Positions 47,950-58,228 of a DNA stretch of 64,000 bases are shown piece after piece (position 1 is the stretch's first letter; each line of letters starts with the position of its first letter). The DNA lies in assembly GCA_050952725.1 (NCBI GenBank), contig JBMNLN010000001.1:578454-642453 (forward strand). The letters run 5' to 3'. Made by a program: the position numbers and the translations under genes. Source of the DNA: Bacilli bacterium. GTDB lineage: Bacteria > Bacillota_I > Bacilli_A > RFN20 > CAG-826. Below the pieces are notes generated by a model, which saw only the letters and a list, made by a program, of their open reading frames with translations, did no database searches and was not told the origin of the DNA.

Positions 47950-48687
47950 ATGGCAAAATATTTAGTAACCGTCGCCTATGATGGAACGTCGTATTGTGGT
48001 TGGCAAAGTCAAAAACACGAGGAAGCCATCCAAGATATTATCACAGCAAAACTTCGACAGATTTTTAATCAACCCGAATTAAAGATTTTTGGCAGTGGTC
48101 GCACTGACGCTGGAGTGCATGCTCGGGGTCAAACTTTTCATTTTGTGACCAAGAAAGAATTCGATTTAAATCGACTGATTTATTCATTAAATGTCATGTT
48201 GCCGGAAGATATTCAAATATTAAAAATCAAAACAGTTGATCAAAAATTTCACGCGCGATTAAGTGCTAAAAGCAAGCACTACCGATATATTATCTCTACT
48301 GGCCCGGGAGAGCCTTTTAAATATCGGCATCGTTATGAGATAAAAAGACCACTTGATGTAAAAAAAATGAAAGTCGCAATTACCGCTTTAGTTGGGGAGC
48401 ACAACTTTCTTAGTTTCACCAACAAACAAACTGATTTTCAAAAATATGTGCGCACGATTTTCAAAGCGGACATCACGGAGAATAACGAAGAGATTATCAT
48501 TGATTTTATCGGGAATGGTTTTATGCGTTCGCAAGTGCGCCTGATGGTTGGCACCCTGATCGAAATAGGACTATTAAACTTTCCTGAAGATACAATTAAG
48601 AAACTTTTACAGAAACCAAGTTTTCCCCCGCGAGTTCCGAAAGCCCCCGCTCAAGGACTTTATTTAATGGAGGTGTTTTATGAGTAG
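47950..48687 (+). CDS. truA: tRNA pseudouridine(38-40) synthase
   Basis: AYDGTSYCGWQ, GSGRTDAGVHARGQ, GNGFMRSQVR, APAQGLYL. Canonical position after ecfAAT. Confidence 0.96.
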   Translation: MAKYLVTVAYDGTSYCGWQSQKHEEAIQDIITAKLRQIFNQPELKIFGSGRTDAGVHARGQTFHFVTKKEFDLNRLIYSLNVMLPEDIQILKIKTVDQKFHARLSAKSKHYRYIISTGPGEPFKYRHRYEIKRPLDVKKMKVAITALVGEHNFLSFTNKQTDFQKYVRTIFKADITENNEEIIIDFIGNGFMRSQVRLMVGTLIEIGLLNFPEDTIKKLLQKPSFPPRVPKAPAQGLYLMEVFYE

Positions 48688-49522
48688 ATTTACCAAAATC
48701 GACTATTCTTACCATAATCATACCTATCGATGTGGTCATGCCTCAGGCAAAGATGAAGATTATATCCAGCAAGCAATTGCCGCAGGGATAAAAGTCTATG
48801 GAATAAGTGATCACGTCTTTTTAAAAAATATTGAGCAACCCTACATGCGTGGTTCTTATGCTTTTTTTCTTGATTATTTTGCATCGATAAAAAATCTCAA
48901 GGAGAAATATTGCCATCAAATTGATATTTATTCAGCTTTTGAGGCCGAATATCTCTCTGATTATCTGGATTATTATAAAGACTTGTTAGTCAGTAAAACG
49001 GTTGATTATCTAATTATCGGGCAACATGGTTTTATCCAAGATGGTGAATTTGTTTTTTATGCCAATCTTCAAGTTTCACCTTATGAAAAACTCAAACGTT
49101 ATCTTGATGACTTGATTTCAGGGATGAACACTGGTCTATTTCGGATTGTGGCGCATCCAGATCTTTTCTTTTCTTACTATCCTCGTTTTGATGATATCGC
49201 TCTAGAGGCGACAAGAAAAATTATCCAAGCCGCAAAAGATAATCATATGATTTTAGAAATCAATCTCGGGGGTATCCGCCAAGGGAAAAATATCCATTTT
49301 GGTGAGTATCGCTATCGTTATCCTGTGCGAGAATTTTGGATTGAAGTAGCCAAAAGCAAAGTGCCGGTTATGATTGGGATTGATGCCCATAACCCTGAAA
49401 ATTTTCATAGTTCAGGACTGTTGGCACTTGAAGAGTTAATCGGAGATTTACCACTTAATTATGTAAATCGCATCTCTTTTGGAAACGACGAGGCGCAAGT
49501 TGTTATTGATGAGAAGAAGTAG
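48680..49522 (+). CDS. PHP-domain phosphatase, histidinol-phosphatase family
   Basis: YHNHTYRCGHA, SDH, EAEY, AHPDLF, GIDAH. Confidence 0.88.
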   Translation: MSRFTKIDYSYHNHTYRCGHASGKDEDYIQQAIAAGIKVYGISDHVFLKNIEQPYMRGSYAFFLDYFASIKNLKEKYCHQIDIYSAFEAEYLSDYLDYYKDLLVSKTVDYLIIGQHGFIQDGEFVFYANLQVSPYEKLKRYLDDLISGMNTGLFRIVAHPDLFFSYYPRFDDIALEATRKIIQAAKDNHMILEINLGGIRQGKNIHFGEYRYRYPVREFWIEVAKSKVPVMIGIDAHNPENFHSSGLLALEELIGDLPLNYVNRISFGNDEAQVVIDEKK

Positions 49523-49549
49523 TAAAATGTCGAAGCGTTAAGGAGAACG

Positions 49550-50272
49550 ATGATTATGGGACGTCACTTTGAAGTTCGAGCCGCTTCAATGGCTAGTAGC
49601 GCCAAAAAGAAAAGTGCGCTGTATATGCGAGCCAGTCGCGAGATTTTTGTCGCGGCCAAATCTGGAATTCCTGACCCAGTATCCAACCTTGCGCTTCGGA
49701 GTGCGATTGATAAATTCAAAGGTCAAGGCGTGCCTAAAGACGTGATTGAACGCGCGATTAGCAAAGCCGCCGGCAACGATGACCAAACGGCCTATATCCA
49801 TGGACGTTATGAAGCGATGGGTCCGGGTGGTTCGATGATTGTTATCGATACCTTAACGGATAATGTCAATCGTGCTTTTAGCGAAATTAAAACCGTGATT
49901 AATAAACGCGGTGCTCGCCTTGCAAGCGTCGCCTTTAATTTTACCGAAACAGGGATTTTTATTCTTGAAGGATTAAAGAAAAACCAAATTGAAGAAACTT
50001 TAATTCTGGCGGAGATTGATGTATGGGATGTCGATATTAATGACGAAGGCTTAATTCGCATTGCAGTAGCTCCAACTGAATTTGGCAATACCCGCGATCA
50101 ACTCCAAGCCCTCGGGGTGGAAGAATTCGCGCTTGCCGAGATTCGCCTAATTGCCAATCAACCGATTCGCCTTAATGAAGAAGAAAAAAGCGGATTCAAT
50201 GACTTGCTGGAAGCACTTGATGAGCTTCAGGATGTTCAAAGTGTCTATCACAATGTCGATTTAAATGATTAA
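49550..50272 (+). CDS. yebC: YebC/PmpR family protein
   Basis: NLALRSAI...VPKDVIERAI, YEAMGPGG, TDNVNR, DVQSVYHN. Confidence 0.93.
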   Translation: MIMGRHFEVRAASMASSAKKKSALYMRASREIFVAAKSGIPDPVSNLALRSAIDKFKGQGVPKDVIERAISKAAGNDDQTAYIHGRYEAMGPGGSMIVIDTLTDNVNRAFSEIKTVINKRGARLASVAFNFTETGIFILEGLKKNQIEETLILAEIDVWDVDINDEGLIRIAVAPTEFGNTRDQLQALGVEEFALAEIRLIANQPIRLNEEEKSGFNDLLEALDELQDVQSVYHNVDLND

Positions 50273-51124
50273 ATGATAACTAGGACAAACATGACCGAAT
50301 TACAAGTTAAAGAACTAGGATTGTTAAAAGAGTTCATCCGCGTCTGTGAAAAACATGGGCTGCGGTATTATCTTTTTGGTGGAACGCTTTTAGGCGCAGT
50401 CCGTCACCAAGGTTTTATTCCTTGGGATGATGATCTTGATATTTGTATGCCACGTCCCGATTTTGAAAAACTTCTCACTTTAAGAAATGAGTTTAATGAA
50501 CCCTACTTCCTACAAGACTACCGCTCTGATCCATCTTACACGTATCTTTTTGCCAAACTTCGCGATTCCTCGACGACCTTTATTGAAACGGTTTTTAATA
50601 TGCACAATATCAATCATGGGATCTATCTTGATATTTTCCCACTTGATGGTGTGCGTTATAAGGCAAAAGGTTTCCCCGTTCGCAGTCTTAAACCCTACTT
50701 GATGTGGTTCTTATGGTGGTTTACATATCTCGGTCATTTTTGGCAACGTCCCACAAAGAAAAACTGGTGGTATTGCTGGTTGTTTTATTTGATTTCCATC
50801 GCTTTTCTCCCATTTAATCTTTTCAACTGGTTGACTAGATTAATCAAAAAATGGGCCAAGTGTAAAGATTATCATCAATGCGAAATTGTCGGTGTCTATC
50901 ATACGATGTATTATAATCGCGACACATTCCCAAAGGTTTGGTTTGGGGAAGGTGTCAAGGGGACCTTTGAAGGACTCGAAGTGGTCTTGCCGGCTAAGTA
51001 CCACGAGTACTTATCAAGAATCTATGGTGATTACATGAAATTTCCCCCCAAAGATAAACAAATTGGCAAACATCATAATCTTGGTTTCTCCGCGAAAATC
51101 AGTTATCGCGATTACCGAAAATAG
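50273..51124 (+). CDS. LicD family phosphotransferase
   Basis: GGTLLGAVRHQGFIPWDDDLDICMPRPDF, LDIFPLD, YGDYMKFPP. Start may be ATG 50291. Confidence 0.92.
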   Translation: MITRTNMTELQVKELGLLKEFIRVCEKHGLRYYLFGGTLLGAVRHQGFIPWDDDLDICMPRPDFEKLLTLRNEFNEPYFLQDYRSDPSYTYLFAKLRDSSTTFIETVFNMHNINHGIYLDIFPLDGVRYKAKGFPVRSLKPYLMWFLWWFTYLGHFWQRPTKKNWWYCWLFYLISIAFLPFNLFNWLTRLIKKWAKCKDYHQCEIVGVYHTMYYNRDTFPKVWFGEGVKGTFEGLEVVLPAKYHEYLSRIYGDYMKFPPKDKQIGKHHNLGFSAKISYRDYRK

Positions 51125-51169
51125 CCTTTAAGAAGATTGATTACACATCCCAGGACACTTTGATATAAT

Positions 51170-53641
51170 ATGAAGACTGCAAAAAGGAAAATGACTATGA
51201 AAAACAAATCACTTTTTTTAATTGCATTTCTAAGCCTGTTTCTTAGTAGCAACCTCGATTCATCTTGGTTTAAATCAGCAGCGCCAGTTGAGGTAGCGGC
51301 CGTTCAACATGCAGATAATTTTGCCCCATATACTTACTCAGGCAGTTATTACGACACAATTACTGCGACGGGTGAGGGGTTACATGGTTCGCTTCGAACA
51401 GCATTATCTAGTTATATTACTCCTGTGGCCTATCCGACTTACTCAGGGACAACTCACTCGAATTGCTTGGCTTTCCTTTTACAAGAAGCCGATGAAAATC
51501 CGACTGATTCCACCAAGATGCTCTATCTTTATACACGTGATTCAGTGACGAAAAATGCTGCATCATCTTGGAACCGTGAACACGTGTGGCCGCAGTCGCT
51601 TTCTAATAATAATTGGGGCACCTCCAAAGGTGGGGTGGACTTACTTCATATTCGTCCAACCTATCCGAGCACAAATTCTAGCCGTGGAAACTGTATTTAT
51701 GCTGAACTTGATAACAACGTAGCCACCTATAAGGTATATAACGGCATGCACTATGGCTATATGCTTAGTGGTAAATTTGAACCATTAGAAGCTACAAAAG
51801 GTGATGTGGCGCGCATTATTATGTATATTTGGGTGGCTTACCAAAATGTTTATTCGAATATGCCCTTGATCACCCAAGTTTTTGAATCATATGATACTTT
51901 GCTAAATTGGCATACCGATGATCAACCAGATGTTTTAGAGGGAAATCGCAATGATTTCGCGCAAAATTCGCTTCAAAAAAATCGCAACCCTTTCGTTGAT
52001 CACCCGGAATATGCTTGGAAGATTTTTGGAAACAATGCCTCACCTGCAGTCAAAGCAAGATGTATGGAGACTTATCCAGATGCAGCCTCCTCGGTCACCC
52101 TTGATTCCATTCAAGTAACGACACTCCCGAATAAAACTACATATTATATCGATGAAACACTTGACACCACCGGGATTGTTGTCACGGGTAATTATAGCGA
52201 TGGGACCACTAAAAATGTGACCTCATCATGCTCTTTTTCACCGACGACCTTCAGTTCATTAGGAACCAAGGCGATTACGGTTTCTGGTCTAGGAAAAACC
52301 ACTACATTTAATGTAAACGTGGTCGATTATGAAACGGTTCCTTTAACTGGGATTTCCATTCCGGATGCCACCATCAACATCGAGAAGGAAAAAACGCATA
52401 CCATTGTTCCTACTTGTGCCCCGAGCAATGTCTATCCCTATCCAGCAATTACTTTTAATTCCAACAATACCTTAGTTGCTACAGTTAATTCCACGACTGG
52501 CGTGGTAACCGCCGTCAATCAAGGCACGGCAAATATCACGGTTACCGCCACGCAAGGTTCGATTACCAAAACGACAATCGCCAAGATTATCGTTACAGAA
52601 GCAGGCGTTGTTGAAATTGTCGATATTTACGATCAAGCCGCTGGTACTAGTGTTAAATTTTATGGGCTATATCTTGGCTCATATAGCAATCAGTATAGTG
52701 GAATTTTCATCGGGAATGGTGATTACGCGATTATGGTCTATGGTTACACTGGTTCCGTCTCCTCATTTGTTCCCTATGAAACTTATGTTTTAGTTGCTGG
52801 TACAGTCAAAATTTATGAAAATCTCCACGAAGTGGTCAACGATAACACCGTTACCCCCTTGTCGATTGCGACGGTGAATAGCGAAATTGGCGTAGCTCTA
52901 GTTAATCCAGTCACCACCTATCAATTCGTCGGTAATGAACCTGCCCCAGGAAGTGGCGAAGATGATCCGACTATCCAATCACGTCCCACCATGGTGATGG
53001 GGACAGTGTATTCAGTTAGTGGAACGATTAGTGCGACTACCGATGCTACAGTGGTCCTTGATTTAGATAACGGCAATCAAGCGACCATCTTTATTAAAAA
53101 GAACTCAGGTCTTGATTATGCCAAACTCCAAAGCGCTTTGGGAACAACGGGGAAATACGCTCGTGTCAAAGGATATTTAGGTGTTTATAAAACTAAATAT
53201 CAAATCGTCCTGCCAACTGTTATTGATCCTAATCCCGCTTATACCGCGGCGAGTTTTGCGACGGATTTTCTCACTGATACGGGAACAATTTGTAGTAATA
53301 ATGGATCGGTTAATAATCGCAGTGCCTTATTAAATATTTGGATTAGTTTGGAACAAGACAAATACATTGTTCTAGCCTTAGAGGAGAGAAATGTATTGAA
53401 AAATGCGAACACCACAGCGGGAACAACGGTTGCCAATGCAATGGCCCGCTATGATTATGTCGTGGCCAAATACGCGTTAACCGACTTTATCGGACGTAAT
53501 CCTGCTCCGCTCGGAGTCGCTTCCTATCTTTATTTACAAGCCACAGATTACGTATATCTTGGAGTCTTTTCTCTCTCCTTAGGAATTCTGACGCTTGTAA
53601 GCATAATCGTCATTAATCGGAAAAAGAAAATTGTCAGTTAA
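51170..53641 (+). CDS. Surface-anchored endonuclease I family nuclease with Ig-like domains and C-terminal TM anchor
   Basis: Signal-like N-terminus. WNREHVWPQS, DLLHIRP, KGDVARIIMY, RNPFVDHPE. Big_3-like 'PNKTTYYIDETLDTTGIVVTGNYSDG', Big_2-like repeat, C-terminal TM plus RKKK. Start may be ATG 51191. Confidence 0.88.
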   Translation: MKTAKRKMTMKNKSLFLIAFLSLFLSSNLDSSWFKSAAPVEVAAVQHADNFAPYTYSGSYYDTITATGEGLHGSLRTALSSYITPVAYPTYSGTTHSNCLAFLLQEADENPTDSTKMLYLYTRDSVTKNAASSWNREHVWPQSLSNNNWGTSKGGVDLLHIRPTYPSTNSSRGNCIYAELDNNVATYKVYNGMHYGYMLSGKFEPLEATKGDVARIIMYIWVAYQNVYSNMPLITQVFESYDTLLNWHTDDQPDVLEGNRNDFAQNSLQKNRNPFVDHPEYAWKIFGNNASPAVKARCMETYPDAASSVTLDSIQVTTLPNKTTYYIDETLDTTGIVVTGNYSDGTTKNVTSSCSFSPTTFSSLGTKAITVSGLGKTTTFNVNVVDYETVPLTGISIPDATINIEKEKTHTIVPTCAPSNVYPYPAITFNSNNTLVATVNSTTGVVTAVNQGTANITVTATQGSITKTTIAKIIVTEAGVVEIVDIYDQAAGTSVKFYGLYLGSYSNQYSGIFIGNGDYAIMVYGYTGSVSSFVPYETYVLVAGTVKIYENLHEVVNDNTVTPLSIATVNSEIGVALVNPVTTYQFVGNEPAPGSGEDDPTIQSRPTMVMGTVYSVSGTISATTDATVVLDLDNGNQATIFIKKNSGLDYAKLQSALGTTGKYARVKGYLGVYKTKYQIVLPTVIDPNPAYTAASFATDFLTDTGTICSNNGSVNNRSALLNIWISLEQDKYIVLALEERNVLKNANTTAGTTVANAMARYDYVVAKYALTDFIGRNPAPLGVASYLYLQATDYVYLGVFSLSLGILTLVSIIVINRKKKIVS

Positions 53642-53657
53642 TTAACCAAAAAACATT

Positions 53658-53692
53658 AAAAAAGAGGCTAATCTTAAACTGGCCTCTTTTTC
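53658..53692. terminator. Bidirectional intrinsic terminator between nuclease and tRNA-Gln
   Basis: AAAAAAGAGGC...GCCTCTTTTT stem with A-tract and T-tract on the two sides. Confidence 0.75.
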
Positions 53693-53698
53693 ATTTAA

Positions 53699-53773
53699 TG
53701 GCTGCCGAGATAGGATTCGAACCTATGCATGAGAGGTTCAGAGCCTCTTGACTTACCGCTTGTCGACTCGGCA
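53699..53773 (-). tRNA. tRNA-Gln(CTG)
   Basis: Reverse complement TGCCGAG...CTCGGCAGCCA, 75 nt. Anticodon arm AGAGG-CTCTGAA-CCTCT, TTCGA T-loop. Confidence 0.95.
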
Positions 53774-53904
53774 TTTTTGGAAAAAAATCAAAATAACAAC
53801 AGCGATTTACTTTTGACTTCTCAATTCTAGTCCATTGTACGATTTTTTCAACGATTTTCGTATTTTTGTTTGACTTTAATATATATTTTATATATATTTT
53901 ATAT

Positions 53905-53955
53905 CGGCACTATCTGCCTCAAATTGTAGTCCCGGTAAGAGTACAGTTGATTAGG
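53905..53955 (+). promoter_or_regulatory. Possible L13 ribosomal-protein leader RNA
   Basis: Leader upstream of rplM contains 'GTAGTCCCGGTAAG', resembling the conserved CCCGG core of Firmicutes rplM-rpsI leaders. Structure not verified. Confidence 0.35.
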
Positions 53956-53964
53956 AGGATAAAT

Positions 53965-54417
53965 ATGCAACGTCAAACAACGATGGCCAATCCGCAAAAT
54001 GTAAACCGTAAATGGTATGTCGTCGATGCAACCGATTTACCACTTGGACGGCTCGCCAGCGAAATCGCCTTGGTATTAATGGGGAAAAATAAACCCGATT
54101 ATACTCCCCACGTTGATTGTGGTGATTTTGTGATTGTAATTAACGCTGAAAAAGTTGGTTTAAGCGGCAATAAAGAGCATACGAAAAAATATTATAACAC
54201 TTCAGGATATGTCGGGACTTTACGCGTTCGCACCGCGGGCAAAATGAGAAAAAAATATCCGGTAGAAATGGTCGAAAGAGCAGTTTGGGGCATGCTTCCA
54301 AAAGGACGGCTTGGTCGCCAAATTTATCGCAAACTCTTCGTCTATGCAGGTAATGAACACAAGCACGAAGCCCAACAACCAGAAACCTTGCCCTTACGTT
54401 ATCTAGGAGGTAAATAA
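53965..54417 (+). CDS. rplM: 50S ribosomal protein L13
   Basis: Start ATG 53965 after [14 protein letters not shown]...LGRLAS...[24 protein letters not shown]. Confidence 0.98.
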   Translation: MQRQTTMANPQNVNRKWYVVDATDLPLGRLASEIALVLMGKNKPDYTPHVDCGDFVIVINAEKVGLSGNKEHTKKYYNTSGYVGTLRVRTAGKMRKKYPVEMVERAVWGMLPKGRLGRQIYRKLFVYAGNEHKHEAQQPETLPLRYLGGK

Positions 54418-54419
54418 TT

Positions 54420-54818
54420 ATGGCCAAGAAGAAAGCTGTTCAATATTACGGAACTGGTCGTCGGAAATCATCCACGGCACGCGTTTTTGTTAAACCAGGC
54501 AAAGGTCAAATTACCGTCAATGGTCGCGATGTCAATGAATATATGCCTTATGCAACCTTAGTCATGGACTTAAAGCAGCCTTTAGTCATTGCAAATGTCG
54601 CGGATAAGTTCGATATCGAATGCACAGTTCGTGGTGGTGGTTTCACCGGTCAGGCTGGGGCGATTCGCCTTGGGATTGCCCGCGCTTTATTAGAAGCTGG
54701 TGTTGATCGCACAACTTTGAAAGTTGCGGGGATGCTCACCCGTGATGCGCGTGGTAAAGAACGGAAAAAGTACGGTTTAAAAGCCGCTCGTCGGGCGCCA
54801 CAATTCTCAAAACGTTAA
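54420..54818 (+). CDS. rpsI: 30S ribosomal protein S9
   Basis: [52 protein letters not shown]. Confidence 0.98.
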   Translation: MAKKKAVQYYGTGRRKSSTARVFVKPGKGQITVNGRDVNEYMPYATLVMDLKQPLVIANVADKFDIECTVRGGGFTGQAGAIRLGIARALLEAGVDRTTLKVAGMLTRDARGKERKKYGLKAARRAPQFSKR

Positions 54819-54841
54819 GAACACAACTTTTTACAAAAATC

Positions 54842-54869
54842 AGAGGCTTGGATTATCTCCGAGCCTTTT
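54842..54869 (+). terminator. Intrinsic terminator after rpsI
   Basis: AGAGGCTTGGA...TCCGAGCCTTTT stem followed by Ts. Confidence 0.65.
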
Positions 54870-55003
54870 GTTTATAAATCATCGCGGATTTAATAATGAT
54901 GGTTCAATGTCATCTCTAGGCTTTTCTGATCTTTTCGGCAATTTCTTTGATTTTCATTGCATTTTACTCTAGATTAGATTATATTAATTAGGCGTAATTG
55001 AGC

Positions 55004-55080
<77 letters not shown>

Positions 55081-55135
55081 TCGCTTAGATTGGCCCAGCA
55101 GTATGCTTGGGCTTTTTTTCTAGAAGGAGAACAAG

Positions 55136-56509
55136 ATGAAGATCCTGGGGTTTGATCGAAAATTTATTAAAGAATTCTTCAAAGTTGCCGCTCCTGCCAT
55201 GCTTCAACAATTAATTATTTTTGGCGGTTTACTCCTAAACACTTTAATGATTAGTGGTATTAATAATGAAGCCGTAAGTGCAGTTTATGCGGCTAATCAA
55301 GTATCTTTCTTATTTGCTCTTCCCTTCAATGGTATTGTTTTTGCGGCGGGTATTTATATACAACAATTCTTCGGAAGTAAAGATAAGGAACGGCTTCTCG
55401 ATAGTTTTCGTTATAAATTAGTCACAGTTGGTCTGGGCTTTTTGTTAATGGTTCTCCTTACCGTTTTTCTCCATAAACACCTCATCGCCTTCTATGTTCG
55501 TGCGGAGACAAAACCAGAAGAAATTACCGCATTAGCATTAGAATATTTACCTTATATCATCGCCAGTTTTGCTCCTTATGTTTTTACAACCGCCTATTCG
55601 ACCAGTATGCGCGAAATTGGAAAAACGACCCAGCCGACAATTGCTAGCATCATCGCCTTTCTTTGTCAGGGGATTGGAAACTATATCTTCATTTACGTGA
55701 TGGGACTTGGTGTCCAAGGGGCAGGACTTGCAACCTTGATCGCTCGTTTGATTGAACTGATAATTATTGTGGTTCTTAGCGAAAAATATCAACTTTTTCC
55801 CATCAAAGATATCTTGGGGAAATTCAGCATTGACCGGCAATTATTTAAAACAATTAGCCTTAAGGGGATTCCCCTATTATTTAATGAAATTCTCTGGGGA
55901 TTGGGTTCGGTGGTTCTCTCCTTATCTTTTGCGGCTCGCCCTAATGTTTTATCTGCCTTAAGTATTGTTTACACGATGAGTAATCTCTATATGATTCTTT
56001 TTGTCACCATCTCGGTTGGCGCCTCGGTTTTTATCGGTAATTATCTTGGTGCGGGTGAAGTAGAAACCGCGAAAGAAAATGCTGAGAAATTAACAAATTT
56101 CTCCCTTTTCCTAGGAATTATCCTCGGCGGAATAGTTGTGATTTTATCCAAATGGATTCCCGACCTCTTTGTCGAAGTTGATCTAGAACAGAAAAAACTC
56201 GCGACTAAACTCTTAATAATTTATTTTGCTTTTGTACCTGTCTTTGTGATTTGTACTGCGAATGCAATGATTCTTCGCGCAGGCGGAAAAGCTTTATTAG
56301 TATTTCTTTTAGAGGAGGGTTTGATGTGGTTATTGGCTATTCCCCTTGTCTTTTTACTGGCAAAATATACGGCAGTAAGTATTGTTTGGCTCTATATCAT
56401 CGTTCAAATTGTCGATTTTCTTAAAGCGGTTTTCGGCATGATTCTTCGACGTAAAGTTAACTGGGCACAAAATTTGACTGTCGAATATCAACAAGAAAAA
56501 ATAGTGTAA
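55136..56509 (+). CDS. MATE family efflux transporter
   Basis: 12 TM segments in two repeats. 'QQFFGSKD', 'GNYIFIYVMGLGVQGAGLATLIAR', 'IGNYLGAG', 'ILRAGG'. Confidence 0.9.
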   Translation: MKILGFDRKFIKEFFKVAAPAMLQQLIIFGGLLLNTLMISGINNEAVSAVYAANQVSFLFALPFNGIVFAAGIYIQQFFGSKDKERLLDSFRYKLVTVGLGFLLMVLLTVFLHKHLIAFYVRAETKPEEITALALEYLPYIIASFAPYVFTTAYSTSMREIGKTTQPTIASIIAFLCQGIGNYIFIYVMGLGVQGAGLATLIARLIELIIIVVLSEKYQLFPIKDILGKFSIDRQLFKTISLKGIPLLFNEILWGLGSVVLSLSFAARPNVLSALSIVYTMSNLYMILFVTISVGASVFIGNYLGAGEVETAKENAEKLTNFSLFLGIILGGIVVILSKWIPDLFVEVDLEQKKLATKLLIIYFAFVPVFVICTANAMILRAGGKALLVFLLEEGLMWLLAIPLVFLLAKYTAVSIVWLYIIVQIVDFLKAVFGMILRRKVNWAQNLTVEYQQEKIV

Positions 56510-56582
56510 TTTTGCTTGAACATGTTTTTTCTTATTCTTTGCTTTGATGTATCGTTAGAAGTAGTTTTGTTATAATAAACTT

Positions 56583-57749
56583 ATGATTAAGAAGGAAATT
56601 CCCGTAAACCTCATTATCCAAAAAGGCGGAAAAAAAGAAGCCTGGCCATTTTGTTGTGGGGTTAACCATTTGGCTTATGAGAATAAAAAGATTTTTACAA
56701 CTTTATTAATCAAAGATCAAAGCTTTTATAATATAGAACTACAAATTGCGGGAGAGTCACTTTTTCCCCGTGAGGAAAAAGATAAAACAATATTCATGTT
56801 GATGATTAATAGTCAAAATATCGTCATGCACGCTTGTTTTGTCTTCAACGAAGCAGAGCGCGAACAGCGCATGAAGAAAATTGAGGAAAGGCTTCTAACA
56901 TTACAAACTTTACCTTTAGATGAATATCGTGAACGTCGGGCGAAAATCCAGCAAATCCTCCAACTTCTCGCTGAAGAAAAAGTGGCCTATGTCCTTCTTG
57001 ATGAAAATCATGAACGCAATCGCGATTCAAAATATATCTATGAACCAGAAATTGCTAAAATAACCGAATATCCGTTTATCATTTTAACAGGAGAGCAAAA
57101 ATCGATTATTATCCCCGTTGAAAATGAACTTGCCGATGCAACCCGAGTAACCAAAGTTGAGATGCGAGACGAAAAAGAAACAGATGTTTCCTTAATTGAT
57201 TTTTCCCGTGTTGATTTGAGTGTGTTAACCAATCGGAAGAAGAAGCCAAATTGGAAAGATTATCTCTTAACGCACTTTAATCTCTTTCAAAAAAATGTTG
57301 GGGTTTTTCTTTTACAAACCTTGATTATTGCCTTTACTAGTTTTCTTTTTGGTTATATTATCACCACTTTTACCAAAGAAAACGCCTTTCTTTATGTTCT
57401 TTTATTGTTGGCAGCCTTAATCGTGCCTTTTTTCGTCATTATTTCGGTTTTTGATTTTCTCGAGAAGAAAAAAGAAGGAGAAGATTTATCCATCCATTTT
57501 AAAGTAACAGTTCGCGTCTGTGTGGTTTGTGTCATTCTTGGTCTTATCTTTGGGATTTTCCTTTTTGCGCTTTTGACAAAAAACAATATTTTCATCGAAA
57601 GCACCAAAGTGACAAAGCTCAGTTATGTTTTTCCATTATTAGTCAATATTCCTTTTATTTTAATTCCGATTTTTGCAAAACCCATCCGCGCTTTCTTAAA
57701 AAAGATAAAGAACAAGATGAATAAAACATCCAATGAAGAGAAGAAGTGA
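56583..57749 (+). CDS. Hypothetical membrane protein (soluble N-terminus, ~4 C-terminal TM helices)
   Basis: 388-aa ORF with an upstream TATAAT. Hydrophobic segments only in the last ~170 aa; no recognised motif. Confidence 0.65.
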   Translation: MIKKEIPVNLIIQKGGKKEAWPFCCGVNHLAYENKKIFTTLLIKDQSFYNIELQIAGESLFPREEKDKTIFMLMINSQNIVMHACFVFNEAEREQRMKKIEERLLTLQTLPLDEYRERRAKIQQILQLLAEEKVAYVLLDENHERNRDSKYIYEPEIAKITEYPFIILTGEQKSIIIPVENELADATRVTKVEMRDEKETDVSLIDFSRVDLSVLTNRKKKPNWKDYLLTHFNLFQKNVGVFLLQTLIIAFTSFLFGYIITTFTKENAFLYVLLLLAALIVPFFVIISVFDFLEKKKEGEDLSIHFKVTVRVCVVCVILGLIFGIFLFALLTKNNIFIESTKVTKLSYVFPLLVNIPFILIPIFAKPIRAFLKKIKNKMNKTSNEEKK

Positions 57750-57821
57750 TCATTGCTAGGAAGGGGAATTAACGTTGTTTTTTAAGAGGTGATTTGCTAT
57801 ATTTATATAGCGCGATTTACC

Positions 57822-57897
57822 GGGCACTTAGCTCAGTTGGGAGAGCGTTACCTTCACACGGTAGAGGTCGTGGGTTCGATCCCCTCAGTGCCCACCA
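57822..57897 (+). tRNA. tRNA-Val(CAC)
   Basis: 76 nt GGGCACT...AGTGCCCACCA. Anticodon arm TTACC-TTCACAC-GGTAG. Confidence 0.95.
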
Positions 57898-57900
57898 TCA

Positions 57901-57976
57901 GCCGACTTAGCTCAATTGGCAGAGCAATTGATTTGTAATCAATAGGTTGGGGGTTCAAGTCCTCTAGTCGGCACCA
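57901..57976 (+). tRNA. tRNA-Thr(TGT)
   Basis: 76 nt GCCGACT...AGTCGGCACCA. Anticodon arm ATTGA-TTTGTAA-TCAAT. Confidence 0.96.
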
Positions 57977-57985
57977 GTAATCAAA

Positions 57986-58007
57986 TTCCGCTCATCGAGC
58001 GGTTTTT
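57986..58007 (+). terminator. Intrinsic terminator after tRNA-Thr
   Basis: CCGCTC-ATC-GAGCGG followed by TTTTT. Confidence 0.7.
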
Positions 58008-58101
58008 AATTTTATATAGTTTTAAAAAAACGCAGTATAGTATAAGATATACTTTGCATTTAACGATATTTTTTGCGAAACGCAAATACCTTAAATGACA
58101 T

Positions 58102-58186
58102 GCGGGCATGGTGGAATGGTAGACACGTGAGATTTAGGATCTCATGCCCCAAAAGCGTGCAGGTTCGAGTCCTGTTGCCCGCACCA
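58102..58186 (+). tRNA. tRNA-Leu(TAG)
   Basis: 85 nt GCGGGCA...TGCCCGCACCA with long variable arm. Anticodon arm TGAGA-TTTAGGA-TCTCA. Confidence 0.95.
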
Positions 58187-58190
58187 TTAG

Positions 58191-58228
58191 AAAAAAGCCG
58201 CTCATCTCATCAATCGAGCGGTTTTTTT
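58191..58228 (+). terminator. Intrinsic terminator after tRNA-Leu
   Basis: AAAAAAGCCGCTC...GAGCGGTTTTTTT. Confidence 0.75.
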
